From the NCBI GenBank assembly GCA_028285365.1, contig JANQPS010000158.1:1-43315 (forward strand): DNA of 43,315 bases. Direction: 5' to 3'. The position numbers were made by a program, and so were the translations under genes. The notes under the pieces were generated by a model. It did no database searches. It was not told the origin of the DNA and saw nothing but the letters and a program-made list of their open reading frames with translations. This document shows positions 7,374 to 16,663 of the stretch, piece by piece; position 1 is the stretch's first letter, and every line of letters begins with the position of its first letter. This stretch comes from Thermoanaerobaculia bacterium (GTDB lineage Bacteria > Acidobacteriota > Thermoanaerobaculia > Multivoradales > Multivoraceae).

Positions 7374-8942
7374 CTAGACCCTGGTCGTGTGACCTTTCCA
7401 GAAAGGCTCGCGCAGTTGTCGCTTGAGGATCTTGCCTGAGCCCGTCTTGGGCAGCTCGTCGAGGAAGTCGAGAGATCGCGGCACCTTGTAGCTGGCCAGG
7501 TGCTCACGGGCAAACGCCGCGACCTCTTCGCCGTCGAGTGACTCTCCGGGGACCGCGACGATCGTGGCATGGACACTCTCGCCCCATTCTTCGCTCGGGA
7601 CTCCGAAGACGGCGGCTTCGTAGATCTTCGGGTGATGCTCGAGGGCGGCTTCGATCTCGGCGGGATAGATGTTGACTCCGCCGGAGATGATCATGTCCTT
7701 CTTGCGGTCACAGATGTAGTAGAAGCCCTCGTCGTCGAGATAGGCGACGTCTCCGACCGTGTGGTATTCGCCGCGCGTGTCTTCTTCGTACTTGTCCTGT
7801 GCCTTGTGGTAGGTGGTGAAGACACTCGGACTCCGGACGAACACCTCTCCAGGGACATTGGTTTCGGTGACTTCGTTGCCGTCGTCGTCCAGGAGCTTGA
7901 CCTCGACGAACGGCGCAGGCTTGCCACAGGATCCTGGCTTGCGAAGCTGGTCCGGCGGCTCGAGGATCATGTTGACCCCGAGCTCGGTCGAGCCGTAGAC
8001 CTCGAACAGCGAGTCATCCGGAAAGTCTCCCAGATAGGCCTGCTTGAGCGGATAAGGCCAAGGCGCTGCGTTGGCGACCATCACCCTCATGCTGCTCGTG
8101 TCGTAGCGCGCCTTGATCTCCTCGGGGAGGCTACAGATGCGCCGAATTGGTGTCGGGGCGGAGAACGTCGAGGTGACGCCGTAGTGCTCGACGAGGCGCA
8201 GCCAGTCTTCGGGGTCGAACTTTCTCTGCAGCACGACGGTATGGCCGATCAGGAACGCAATTCCCATGAAGCCACCCGGGCCGGAGTGGTAGAGCGGACC
8301 GGTCGTCAGGTAGACGTCGTCGGGCTGGTAGCCGAGGACCTCGATCATGCCGGCCAGTTGATCGGGGTTCCCCTGGCCGGTCCTCACGGCGCCTTTGGGG
8401 TGACCGGTCGTGCCGGAGGTATAGATCATGGTCCGACTCTCGATCTCGACGGGTGGTGGCTCTTCGGCCGACGATCCGTCGATCAGCTCGTTGGCGCTTT
8501 GCATCCCTGCCCCAGGATCTCCGCCGAAGACCACGACCTCCTGGAGTTTGGGAGTCTGCTTGCTGATGGCTTCGAAGAGCTCGACCTGCTCCGCGTCGAT
8601 CCATGCGAAGGTCGCATCCGAGTTGTCGACGACGTAGGCAGCCTCTTCGGGTGACAGACGGTAGTTGAGGGGCACTGTAGTGGCTCCGAGCTTGCGCCCG
8701 GCCTGGCCCAGAGTCACCACGTCGGGTGAGTTCATTCCGCACCAAAGAATCGTGCACGTGGGCCCGAAGCCACGTGCGTGCAGCGCGTTGGCCAACCGAT
8801 TGACTCGCTGGTTGAGCTCGGAGTAGCTCCAGCGCGTCTCTTCCTGACCTGGACGCAGCTCTAGCAGCGCCGTCTTGTCTGGATGGCTTGCCGCATGACC
8901 GGCAAGGTAGTCAGGGGCGGGATCGGCTGCTGAATCGGTCAT
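7374..8942 (-). CDS. AMP-binding acyl-CoA synthetase
   Basis: YTSGTTGHPKG, YGSTE, GD, DRKKDMIISGGVNIYPAEIE, LPKTGSGK. Start set at ATG 8942 with a GGAG RBS. Confidence 0.92.
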   Translation of the reverse strand: MTDSAADPAPDYLAGHAASHPDKTALLELRPGQEETRWSYSELNQRVNRLANALHARGFGPTCTILWCGMNSPDVVTLGQAGRKLGATTVPLNYRLSPEEAAYVVDNSDATFAWIDAEQVELFEAISKQTPKLQEVVVFGGDPGAGMQSANELIDGSSAEEPPPVEIESRTMIYTSGTTGHPKGAVRTGQGNPDQLAGMIEVLGYQPDDVYLTTGPLYHSGPGGFMGIAFLIGHTVVLQRKFDPEDWLRLVEHYGVTSTFSAPTPIRRICSLPEEIKARYDTSSMRVMVANAAPWPYPLKQAYLGDFPDDSLFEVYGSTELGVNMILEPPDQLRKPGSCGKPAPFVEVKLLDDDGNEVTETNVPGEVFVRSPSVFTTYHKAQDKYEEDTRGEYHTVGDVAYLDDEGFYYICDRKKDMIISGGVNIYPAEIEAALEHHPKIYEAAVFGVPSEEWGESVHATIVAVPGESLDGEEVAAFAREHLASYKVPRSLDFLDELPKTGSGKILKRQLREPFWKGHTTRV

Positions 8943-9041
8943 CGTCTGCTCCGAAAGTACGCTGTCAGATCGGGAGGAACATTTTGCGAGCTGAGCAAGG
9001 GTCTCGGCCGTCACCTGCGCAAACCAAGGTAGCTGAGGTCG

Positions 9042-9467
9042 TCAGGCCGCGTCGTCGGAGTCGCTCCAGCCTGAGCCGTGCAGAGCGTTGGCGAGGACGC
9101 GACACGCGTCGAACGTCGTGAAGATCCCGGCGAGCTTGCCTTCGTGACGGACGAGCGCGCAGTCGACGCGATGCTCGATCATGTGCGCCAGCACGGCGTC
9201 GAGCGGACGGTCCATGTCCACCACGAACACCCGTGTGCTCATGGCGTCGTCGACCGTACCCTTCGAGCCCGGAGGCTGGTCGAGGGACTGAGCGCTGATG
9301 ATCCCTATGAGCTCACCTGCGGATTGGACCGGCAGGTGGCGGAAGCCTTGAGCCGACATCAGCGATCGAGCTTCGCTCAGACTCGCACCGGAATCGATGA
9401 AATGCGGGAACGGAGTCATGACCGTCTTGATCTTGGGGATGTCCCCGTCGAGGCTGAGCTTCTTCAT
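9042..9467 (-). CDS. CBS domain pair protein
   Basis: VMT.., FRHLPV...GELIGIIS and second repeat GKLAGIFT..D. Confidence 0.85.
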   Translation of the reverse strand: MKKLSLDGDIPKIKTVMTPFPHFIDSGASLSEARSLMSAQGFRHLPVQSAGELIGIISAQSLDQPPGSKGTVDDAMSTRVFVVDMDRPLDAVLAHMIEHRVDCALVRHEGKLAGIFTTFDACRVLANALHGSGWSDSDDAA

Positions 9468-9514
9468 GTGCTTGGTGGAGATACGTCGAGAACGTCAGGT
9501 GTAGGGCAGCCAGG

Positions 9515-9547
9515 GTCAGCCATAGATCAGCTATAGGTCAGCTATAG
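9515..9547. repeat. 3x 11-bp tandem repeat across the fucosidase stop codon
   Basis: gtcagccatag / atcagctatag / gtcagctatag. Confidence 0.75.
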
Positions 9548-11037
9548 AGAGCCAGTGCCCTGGGGGCTTTGGCATTCGGCTCGTTTCCAGAGTCGAGGTG
9601 GATGGACAGTGTTCCGTGCCGGAGCGTGAAGTCGACGGCCTTGCCGCCAGGGTACTCGGAGATCCGCGACACGCTGCGCGGGTAGTCCGCAATCTCGATG
9701 GCCGCTGGCATCGATTCCGAAGCCGTCTCGACGTGAAGGTAGACCACACCGTCGCGCTCGGTACTCAGCACCGCGTCGTGTCCCTGGACAGGACCCCAGG
9801 TCGTGTCGTGTATCGAAGGTCCATAGCGGTCGAGGAACTGCCCAACGCGGTCCAGGCGCTCGAGGGCTTGGCTCGGGAAGCTGCCGGTCGGCGACGGTCC
9901 GACGTTGAGCAGCAGGTTGCCGCCTCGGCTGGCCACTTCGACGAGCGTACGAATCAGTTCGGCAGTCGACTTCCACTCCGTGTCGGACGGGTTGTAGGCC
10001 CAGGTCCGATTCATCGTCAGGCACGTCTCCCAGCGCTGGAACTCGTCGGCATCGGGAAGGAGCTTGGTCGGGAAGCGCGCAGCCTGTGCTGCAGCGAGCA
10101 GGTTCTCCATCTGGGCCTCGGACCGATCGCTGAGCAGCAGATCGAAGAAGCCCTTGATGGCTTCTTCGGTCACGGCGGGGGTCGGTCGCTTTGACTTGAC
10201 GGGAATCCCGGTCGGGAAGAACTGCTCTGGAGTGATGTAGTCGCCGGGTCCCAGACGGTCGTTGACGAGCGTTTCGGGGCTCAGATCGCGAATCGCTCCG
10301 ACCATGCGCTCCGGTTGGTAGCGATCGTGGTCGAAGAGACCGTCGAACCAGATGACCGACACCGGACCGTAGTCGCTCAGCAGCTTGCGTAGATGATCCT
10401 CCATGCGGTCGAGGTAGCCGGACCATTCTGGTCGATCGGGTTGACCGGTCCAGTTGCTGGACGAGGGTTGGCTCGTGTCTCGGTAGCCTGGGTCGTGCAT
10501 GTCGGGTGGGGAGTAGTAGAACCCGAGTCTCATGTCGCGCTTGGCGCAGGCTTCCGCCAACTCGGCGCAGATGTCGCTGCCGTATGGCGACGCGGTGACC
10601 TTGTAGTCGGTGCCGGGAGCGTCGAACATGCAGAAGCCGTCGTGGTGTTTGGCGGTCAGCACGATGTAGCGCATCCCCGCGCGCTCTGCCTGTCGAACCC
10701 AGCCTTCAGGGTCGAACTCTCGGGGGTCGAACCGGCTCGCCAGCGAGACGTAGTCGTCTTCGGAGATGGCCGGCTGCGGTAACACCTTCCTGAGCCCGGG
10801 CACCATGATGGGCCAGGAGGCCTCGACGCCAGCCAGTGAGTACGGTCCCCAGTGAACGAACAGTCCCAGCTTCGCGCGGTCGAACCAGTCGAAGCGATCT
10901 GCGGTCATCCGTGCTGGCTCTCCGTAGCCCAGAAGTGTGGACGCGCCCCCGAGCGAGCCGGATGTGGCGCTAGCTGCCGACCCGACAGCAACGGTGCTCA
11001 GAGCCATCAAAAGGTCGCGGCGGGTCGGTCGGCTCAT
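9538..11037 (-). CDS. Alpha-L-fucosidase (GH29), Tat-exported
   Basis: TRRDLL Tat motif, WF..AKLGLFVHWG.YS, TAKHHDGF, IWFDG nucleophile, WETC, GGNLLLNVGP. Start set at ATG 11037. Confidence 0.92.
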   Translation of the reverse strand: MSRPTRRDLLMALSTVAVGSAASATSGSLGGASTLLGYGEPARMTADRFDWFDRAKLGLFVHWGPYSLAGVEASWPIMVPGLRKVLPQPAISEDDYVSLASRFDPREFDPEGWVRQAERAGMRYIVLTAKHHDGFCMFDAPGTDYKVTASPYGSDICAELAEACAKRDMRLGFYYSPPDMHDPGYRDTSQPSSSNWTGQPDRPEWSGYLDRMEDHLRKLLSDYGPVSVIWFDGLFDHDRYQPERMVGAIRDLSPETLVNDRLGPGDYITPEQFFPTGIPVKSKRPTPAVTEEAIKGFFDLLLSDRSEAQMENLLAAAQAARFPTKLLPDADEFQRWETCLTMNRTWAYNPSDTEWKSTAELIRTLVEVASRGGNLLLNVGPSPTGSFPSQALERLDRVGQFLDRYGPSIHDTTWGPVQGHDAVLSTERDGVVYLHVETASESMPAAIEIADYPRSVSRISEYPGGKAVDFTLRHGTLSIHLDSGNEPNAKAPRALALYS

Positions 11038-11231
11038 GAGTGGTTCCAAGGACGTAAGGACGGGATGTCGAGTGTATTGCCTCCTCGGCAATCTGCTAAG
11101 TCTCCGGCTCCTGGGCGACTAGGTCCTCTCGAGGATGTCGTGACAGGATCTGCTGACTTCTTGGCGAGCCATCACACTGCAGCACCAGCATCACGAGCAA
11201 GAGCTCGCGAACAACCTCACGGATCGAGACC

Positions 11232-11588
11232 ATGACTGAGAACGCCGACAAGGCTTCGGCCGTACACACTCCGCCCGACAGACTTTCACTCAACCCTCGC
11301 AGCAAGTTCTTCGACATGCAGCACCTCGAACGCGGAGTCGGTATCCGCTTCAAGGGCAACGAGCGCCAGGACGTCATGGAGTACTGCGTGTCCGAAGGCT
11401 GGATTCGAATCCCGGCAGGAAAGTCCCTCGATCGTCACGGGCATCCGATGACCGTCAAGCTCAAGGGGCCCGTTGAGGCGTGGTATCTCGACGCGGTCAG
11501 CGGGGGCACTCCTGACGATGGAGCTACTGAGGACGTCGAGACCGAACAAGTCGAAGATGACGGAACGGCTGGAGAACCGGAATCATGA
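11232..11588 (+). CDS. DUF3297 family protein
   Basis: PPDRLS.NPRS.FFD...LERGVGIRFKG.ER..V.EYCVSEGW.R...GK..DR.G.P.T.KLKG.VE, recognised from memory; acidic tail. Confidence 0.8.
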   Translation: MTENADKASAVHTPPDRLSLNPRSKFFDMQHLERGVGIRFKGNERQDVMEYCVSEGWIRIPAGKSLDRHGHPMTVKLKGPVEAWYLDAVSGGTPDDGATEDVETEQVEDDGTAGEPES

Positions 11589-12889
11589 GAGTGGCACGAC
11601 GACCGAAGCGACTGACGACCCTGCTGCTCGCGGGCGCGACGTTCTGTCTGGCGTCCTGCACCTCGGACGGTGGTGATACAGGGGCAACTGCAGCCACCTC
11701 AGATGCCAGCGATCTGCAGCAAAGAGCCCGCGAGATTCACGATCGGGTGCTCGTGCTCGATGCGCACGCCGACATCGAAATTCCCGGTCAGCCGTCCCGC
11801 TACGCCGGTGCCGATGGACTCTCGAAGGTGGCGCCCGAAAAGATGAAGGCGGGCGGAATGGATGCTGTGGTCATGGCAGTTGCGGTGGGACCCGGACCGC
11901 GTACCCCCGAGGGTTACGCCGCTGCTCGCGAGACGGCGGACCAGGAGCTCGCGGCGGTTCAGCAACTCGTAGGAGACGCCAGCAACGAAGCGGTGCTGGC
12001 CCTGACTGCTGACGCAGTCGAGGCTGCCCACGCGGAGGGTCAGCGGGCTCTGCTGCTCGGCTTTCAGAACGCGTTGATTCTCGGAAAAGACGTAGATGGC
12101 ATCGACTCTCTCTATGCGGACGGAGTTCGCGTGTTTGCGCTGACCCACATGGGCCACAACGACTTCGCTGACTCTTCCAGGCCATTGTTCGTGGGGGAGA
12201 CTGGCTCTTATGAGCCCGAAGCCGAGCACGGTGGTTTATCCGACCTGGGCCGAGCCGCCATTCGCAAGCTCAACGAGCTCGGAGTCGTCGTCGACGTCTC
12301 CCAGCTCTCGAAACCGGCAACCCTCGAAGTGCTCGAGCTCAGCAGGGCACCGGTCATCGCCAGTCACTCGAACGTCAAGGCGCTCTGCGACGTGCGTCGC
12401 AATCTCTCGGACGAGGAGCTCGATCTCATTGCCGAGAACGGTGGAGTCGTCCACGTGGCTGCGTTCAGGGGTTATCTCTTCGACTCCAACGACGAGAAGC
12501 TGGACAGCGACATTCGGGCAGCTCGTCGTGAGGTTGGTCTTCCCGAGGACTATGACTATCCGTTCGAGCTCTACTGGGAGCTGGACGATCCGGAAGTACA
12601 GCAGTCATACATCGGTGCCATCAGCAATCTTCTCGGGCCGGGCAGCGTCGACGCCATGCTCGATCACGTCGACTACATCGTCCAGCGCGTCGGGGTCGAC
12701 CACGTCGGAATCGGCAATGACTTCAATCACGGCTCGGGCATCGAAGGGTTCGACGACGCGAGCGAGTCTTTCAACGTCACTCTGGCCCTGCTCGAACGTG
12801 GCTACAGTGAAGAAGACATCGCGAAGATCTGGGGCGGGAACTTCTTGCGTGTCATGCGGGCCGCAGAGGCAGCAGCGACAGCGAACTAG
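11585..12889 (+). CDS. Membrane dipeptidase (peptidase M19, PvdM-like) lipoprotein
   Basis: Lipobox LASC, LDAHAD, SHSN....RNLSD, DHVGIGNDF, KIWGGNFLRV. ATGA overlap with the upstream gene. Confidence 0.88.
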   Translation: MRVARRPKRLTTLLLAGATFCLASCTSDGGDTGATAATSDASDLQQRAREIHDRVLVLDAHADIEIPGQPSRYAGADGLSKVAPEKMKAGGMDAVVMAVAVGPGPRTPEGYAAARETADQELAAVQQLVGDASNEAVLALTADAVEAAHAEGQRALLLGFQNALILGKDVDGIDSLYADGVRVFALTHMGHNDFADSSRPLFVGETGSYEPEAEHGGLSDLGRAAIRKLNELGVVVDVSQLSKPATLEVLELSRAPVIASHSNVKALCDVRRNLSDEELDLIAENGGVVHVAAFRGYLFDSNDEKLDSDIRAARREVGLPEDYDYPFELYWELDDPEVQQSYIGAISNLLGPGSVDAMLDHVDYIVQRVGVDHVGIGNDFNHGSGIEGFDDASESFNVTLALLERGYSEEDIAKIWGGNFLRVMRAAEAAATAN

Positions 12890-13126
12890 TTCGGCGCGTG
12901 ACGCTGAGCGTCTCGGACACATGTGCGAGCGCTATCTGCGGGTAGTTGCTTTGCAGAGGCCAGTCAGCCCCGACGCGATCGATCTCGACGAGGCCTTGCC
13001 CGGAGTGATCCGCTCGATGCGAGCGAGCCTGGCGGCCGGCGACGGCTATACTCCGCCCGATCCAAAACCAGCATAGACATACTGGGAACGCGGACAGCGG
13101 GCCGCGAGCCAGTCGAAGGAATCGCT

Positions 13127-13999
13127 CTGAGTCAGCTCCTGCAGGTCCTCATCAATGGGCTAGCCGTCGGCTGTATCTACGGCCTGATCGCGCTCGGTTT
13201 CGTGCTCGTCTACAAGGCGACCGAGATGGTCAACTTCGCTCAGGGCGACCTCATGATGCTGGGCGCCTTCTTCGGCGTGACTCTCATCGGTGACTTCGGG
13301 CTGCCCTGGTTGCTGGGCCTCCTGCTCGCGGTGCTGTCTCTGGCGGTTTTCGGCTATCTACTCGATGCGTTTGTTCTACGCCGGGTCCTCGGGGAGCCCC
13401 AGTTTGCAATCGTGATGCTGACGATCGGCCTGGGCTTCGTCTTCCGTGCCGTCGCCGGACTGGTTTGGGGCTACGACCCGCAGAGCTTCCCCACGCCGTA
13501 CACCGGCAAGACCCTGCGCATGGGCGAGGTGGTCGTGAGCTACGAGAACCTCACGATCCTCCTGGGCACCTTCTTCCTCTGCCTCGTACTTTTCCTCTTC
13601 TTCCGTCACACGCGGCTCGGCATCGGTATGCAGGCCACGTCGCAGAATCAGCTTGCGGCCTACTACGTGGGCATTCCCGTCAAGCGGGTCTTCTCCCTCG
13701 TTTGGGCGATCTCCGCTGGCGTCGCTGCCGTCGCCGGGATCCTCCTGGCGCCCGTGTCGCTCGTCCAGCCGGGCATGGGATTCATCGGGATCAAGGCCTT
13801 CGCTGCAGCGGTGATCGGCGGTTTCGGCTCCATCCCCGGGGCGCTGCTCGGCGGGTGGATCATCGGCATCTCCGAGCAGGTCGCGGGTGTCTACCTGCCC
13901 GCCGGTTTTCAGGAAATGACCGCCTACGGCATTCTCATCATCGCCCTCGTCCTTCGCCCCGAAGGGCTCTTCGCCCAGGTCCAGCGCAAGAAGGTCTGA
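13127..13999 (+). CDS. livH: Branched-chain amino acid-type ABC permease (LivH-like)
   Basis: QVLINGLAVGCIYGLIALGFVLVYKATEMVNFAQGD, AAVIGGFGSIPGA, RPEGLF. Probable CTG start at 13127 after GAAGGA (the ORF track uses GTG 12923). Confidence 0.88.
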   Translation: MSQLLQVLINGLAVGCIYGLIALGFVLVYKATEMVNFAQGDLMMLGAFFGVTLIGDFGLPWLLGLLLAVLSLAVFGYLLDAFVLRRVLGEPQFAIVMLTIGLGFVFRAVAGLVWGYDPQSFPTPYTGKTLRMGEVVVSYENLTILLGTFFLCLVLFLFFRHTRLGIGMQATSQNQLAAYYVGIPVKRVFSLVWAISAGVAAVAGILLAPVSLVQPGMGFIGIKAFAAAVIGGFGSIPGALLGGWIIGISEQVAGVYLPAGFQEMTAYGILIIALVLRPEGLFAQVQRKKV

Positions 14000-14015
14000 T
14001 CGCAACGGACACCCA

Positions 14016-15092
14016 ATGCGGTTTCTCTTCAAGACGCACTACAACCAGGACATCGACCACCTCAAACACGGTGGCGACCGGTTCTGGTACGGCCTGCTCC
14101 TGCTCCTCGTCGTAGCGGCGCCGGCAGCGCTCGACACCTTTTATCTGGGTGAGCTCAACCTGGTGATGATCTACGCCATCGCCGGCGTGGGCCTGATGCT
14201 GCTCGTGGGCTACACCGGCCAGGTGTGCATGGGCCACGCGGCGTTCCTCGCGATCGGCGCCTACACCCACTCGCTGCTGCTCGGCGCAGGTGTGCCGTTT
14301 CTCTTGTCGATGATCGCAGCGGTCCTGGTCTCCGCCCTCGTCGGCGCCGGCGTCGGATGGATCGCGCTGCGCATGACGGGCCTCTACCTGGTGATCGCCA
14401 CCCTGGCCTTTGCGATGCTCACCGAGCAGACGATTTCGCGGGCCGAGTGGCTCACGGGGGGCTTTCGAGGCCTGTCCGTGCCGCAGGCGAGCCTCTTCGG
14501 CTTGCCGCTGACCGAGGTGTGGCAGCGGTACTACCTGACGCTCGTCCTCCTAGTCGTGGTCCTCATCGCAGCGCTCAACATCCTTCGATCCTCGACGGGG
14601 CGGGCCATGGTCGCGATCCGTGACTCGGAGATCTCCGCCGAGAGTGTCGGCATCAACGTGGCCGTCTACAAGACTCTCGCCTTCGCCCTGAGCGCGGGCA
14701 TCACCGGCCTCGCGGGCGCCCTCTTCGCGCATCGCCTCGGGTATCTCTCTCCCGACGCGTTCACCTTCCTCATTTCGCTGCAGCTTCTGCTGATGGTGGT
14801 GGTGGGCGGCGTCGGCTCGATGCGTGGCGTCATCTACGGAGCGCTCTTCATCGGTTTCCTGCCCCAGCTCCTGGCCATCGCTCGCGACACGCTACCGCGG
14901 CAGATCGCGCAGGCACCCGGTCTCGAACCGGGCATCTTCGGCCTCATCCTCGTGTTGGTGATCCTGTTCGAGCCGCAGGGTATCTTCGGCCGCTGGCTCA
15001 AGATCAAGAGCTATTTCCAGCTTTTCCCGCTCTATCGCCGCGCGACTCACAAGCGCCAGAAGACCTACATGCGCACAGAGAGGCTGCGATGA
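14016..15092 (+). CDS. livM: Branched-chain amino acid-type ABC permease (LivM-like)
   Basis: GYTGQVCMGHAAFLAIGAY, GLYLVIATLAF, GRAMVAIRDSE, EPQGI. Confidence 0.9.
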   Translation: MRFLFKTHYNQDIDHLKHGGDRFWYGLLLLLVVAAPAALDTFYLGELNLVMIYAIAGVGLMLLVGYTGQVCMGHAAFLAIGAYTHSLLLGAGVPFLLSMIAAVLVSALVGAGVGWIALRMTGLYLVIATLAFAMLTEQTISRAEWLTGGFRGLSVPQASLFGLPLTEVWQRYYLTLVLLVVVLIAALNILRSSTGRAMVAIRDSEISAESVGINVAVYKTLAFALSAGITGLAGALFAHRLGYLSPDAFTFLISLQLLLMVVVGGVGSMRGVIYGALFIGFLPQLLAIARDTLPRQIAQAPGLEPGIFGLILVLVILFEPQGIFGRWLKIKSYFQLFPLYRRATHKRQKTYMRTERLR

Positions 15093-15850
15093 GCTACCTC
15101 GCCGTCGAAGACCTGTCGATTCGTTTCGGCGGCATCAAGGCCGTTGACGGCGTGAGCTTCGGCGTCGAAGAGGGTGAGGTCTTCGCCATCATCGGGCCGA
15201 ACGGAGCCGGCAAGACGACACTCTTCAACCTGGTGAGTGGCATCTACACCCCGGACGGCGGAAGCGTGCACTTCGCTGGCCAGGACATCACCTCACTGCC
15301 GGCGCATCGCATCGCGCCGCTCGGACTTGCGCGCACCTTCCAGAACATCGAGCTCTTCGAGCACGCTACGGTCCTGCAGAACCTCCTCATCGGTCGGCAC
15401 ATCCACCGCAAATCGCACGCCCTCTCCCACCTGCTGTTCCTGCCCTCTGTGAGGCGAGAGGAGCTCGAGCACCGGCGTCGCGTGGAGGACGTCATTGATC
15501 TGCTCGAGCTTGCCCACTACCGCGAGCAGACGATCGCGAACCTGCCCTACGGGGTGCGCAAGGTCGTGGAGGTCGGCCGAGCGCTGTGTCTCGAGCCGAA
15601 GCTCCTGCTCCTCGACGAGCCCACCTCCGGGCTGAACCCCGAAGAGAGTGAGGACATGGGGTTCTGGATCGAAGACATCAACCGTGACCTGGGTGTGACG
15701 ATCATCATGGTGGCGCACGACATGGGTCTCGTGAGCCGAGTGGCCGGACGGGTGCTCGCGCTGAACGAGGGCCGCGTGCTCGCCCAGGGCAGCCCCGACG
15801 AGGTACAGAAGAACCCCGATGTCGTCGACGCCTACCTGGGGGGAGAGTGA
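15089..15850 (+). CDS. livG: ABC ATP-binding protein (LivG-like)
   Basis: GPNGAGKTT, RTFQN, LPYG, LLLDEP. Confidence 0.92.
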   Translation: MSYLAVEDLSIRFGGIKAVDGVSFGVEEGEVFAIIGPNGAGKTTLFNLVSGIYTPDGGSVHFAGQDITSLPAHRIAPLGLARTFQNIELFEHATVLQNLLIGRHIHRKSHALSHLLFLPSVRREELEHRRRVEDVIDLLELAHYREQTIANLPYGVRKVVEVGRALCLEPKLLLLDEPTSGLNPEESEDMGFWIEDINRDLGVTIIMVAHDMGLVSRVAGRVLALNEGRVLAQGSPDEVQKNPDVVDAYLGGE

Positions 15851-15857
15851 GGTCGGT

Positions 15858-16661
15858 ATGACGGAAGCGCAAGCCCAGAGGGAGGCGGCCTCGGACGTGC
15901 TGCTCGAGCTGAAGAACGTCGAGACCTACTACGGTCCGATCATGGCGATCCGCGGTGTCAGTCTCACCGTGCCCGCTGGCCGCATCGTCGCGGTGTTGGG
16001 AGCCAACGGGGCGGGCAAGACGACCATCCTGCGCACCATCTCCGGCGTGATGGATCCCCAGAAGGGACAGATCTTCTTCGCTGGCGAAGAGATCGCCCGC
16101 CGCGACCCCGATGCCGTGATGCGCCTTGGTCTGAGCCACGTCCCCGAGGGCCGCGAGGTCTTCCCCTTCCTGACGGTGAGCGAGAACCTTCAGATGGGCG
16201 CCTTCAGCCGCCGAGATCGGGTCACCATCGCCAACGATCTCGACCGCGTCTACGACTACTTCCCCGCGCTCGCCGATCGAGGCTCACAGCAGGCGGGCCA
16301 GCTGTCCGGCGGCGAGCAGCAGATGCTCGCCATCGGACGGGCGCTGATGGCACATCCCAAGATGCTGCTGCTGGACGAGCCGTCGCTCGGCCTGTCGCCA
16401 CTGCTGGTGCACCAGATCTTCGACATCATCAACCGCATCAACGAAGAGCAGGGCATGACGATCCTCGTCGTCGAGCAGAACGCCCACGTCGCGCTGAACC
16501 ACTCGCACTACGGCTACGTGCTCGAAAACGGGAGAGTCGTCATGGACGACACCTGCGAGAAGCTCGCGAGCTCGCCGGACATCCAGGAGTTCTATCTCGG
16601 CATGAAGGACCAGATGCCGAGAGGAGTCCGCCGGTGGAAGAAGCGCAAGACCTGGAGGTGA
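15858..16661 (+). CDS. livF: ABC ATP-binding protein (LivF-like)
   Basis: GANGAGKTT, VPEGR, LSGGEQQML, LLDEPSLGL, VEQNA. Confidence 0.92.
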   Translation: MTEAQAQREAASDVLLELKNVETYYGPIMAIRGVSLTVPAGRIVAVLGANGAGKTTILRTISGVMDPQKGQIFFAGEEIARRDPDAVMRLGLSHVPEGREVFPFLTVSENLQMGAFSRRDRVTIANDLDRVYDYFPALADRGSQQAGQLSGGEQQMLAIGRALMAHPKMLLLDEPSLGLSPLLVHQIFDIINRINEEQGMTILVVEQNAHVALNHSHYGYVLENGRVVMDDTCEKLASSPDIQEFYLGMKDQMPRGVRRWKKRKTWR

Positions 16662-16663
16662 GC

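Noticed and set aside
12921-13076. 51-aa ORF (MCERYLRVVALQ...) upstream of livH
   Set aside because: No convincing RBS or recognisable motif, so it cannot be supported.
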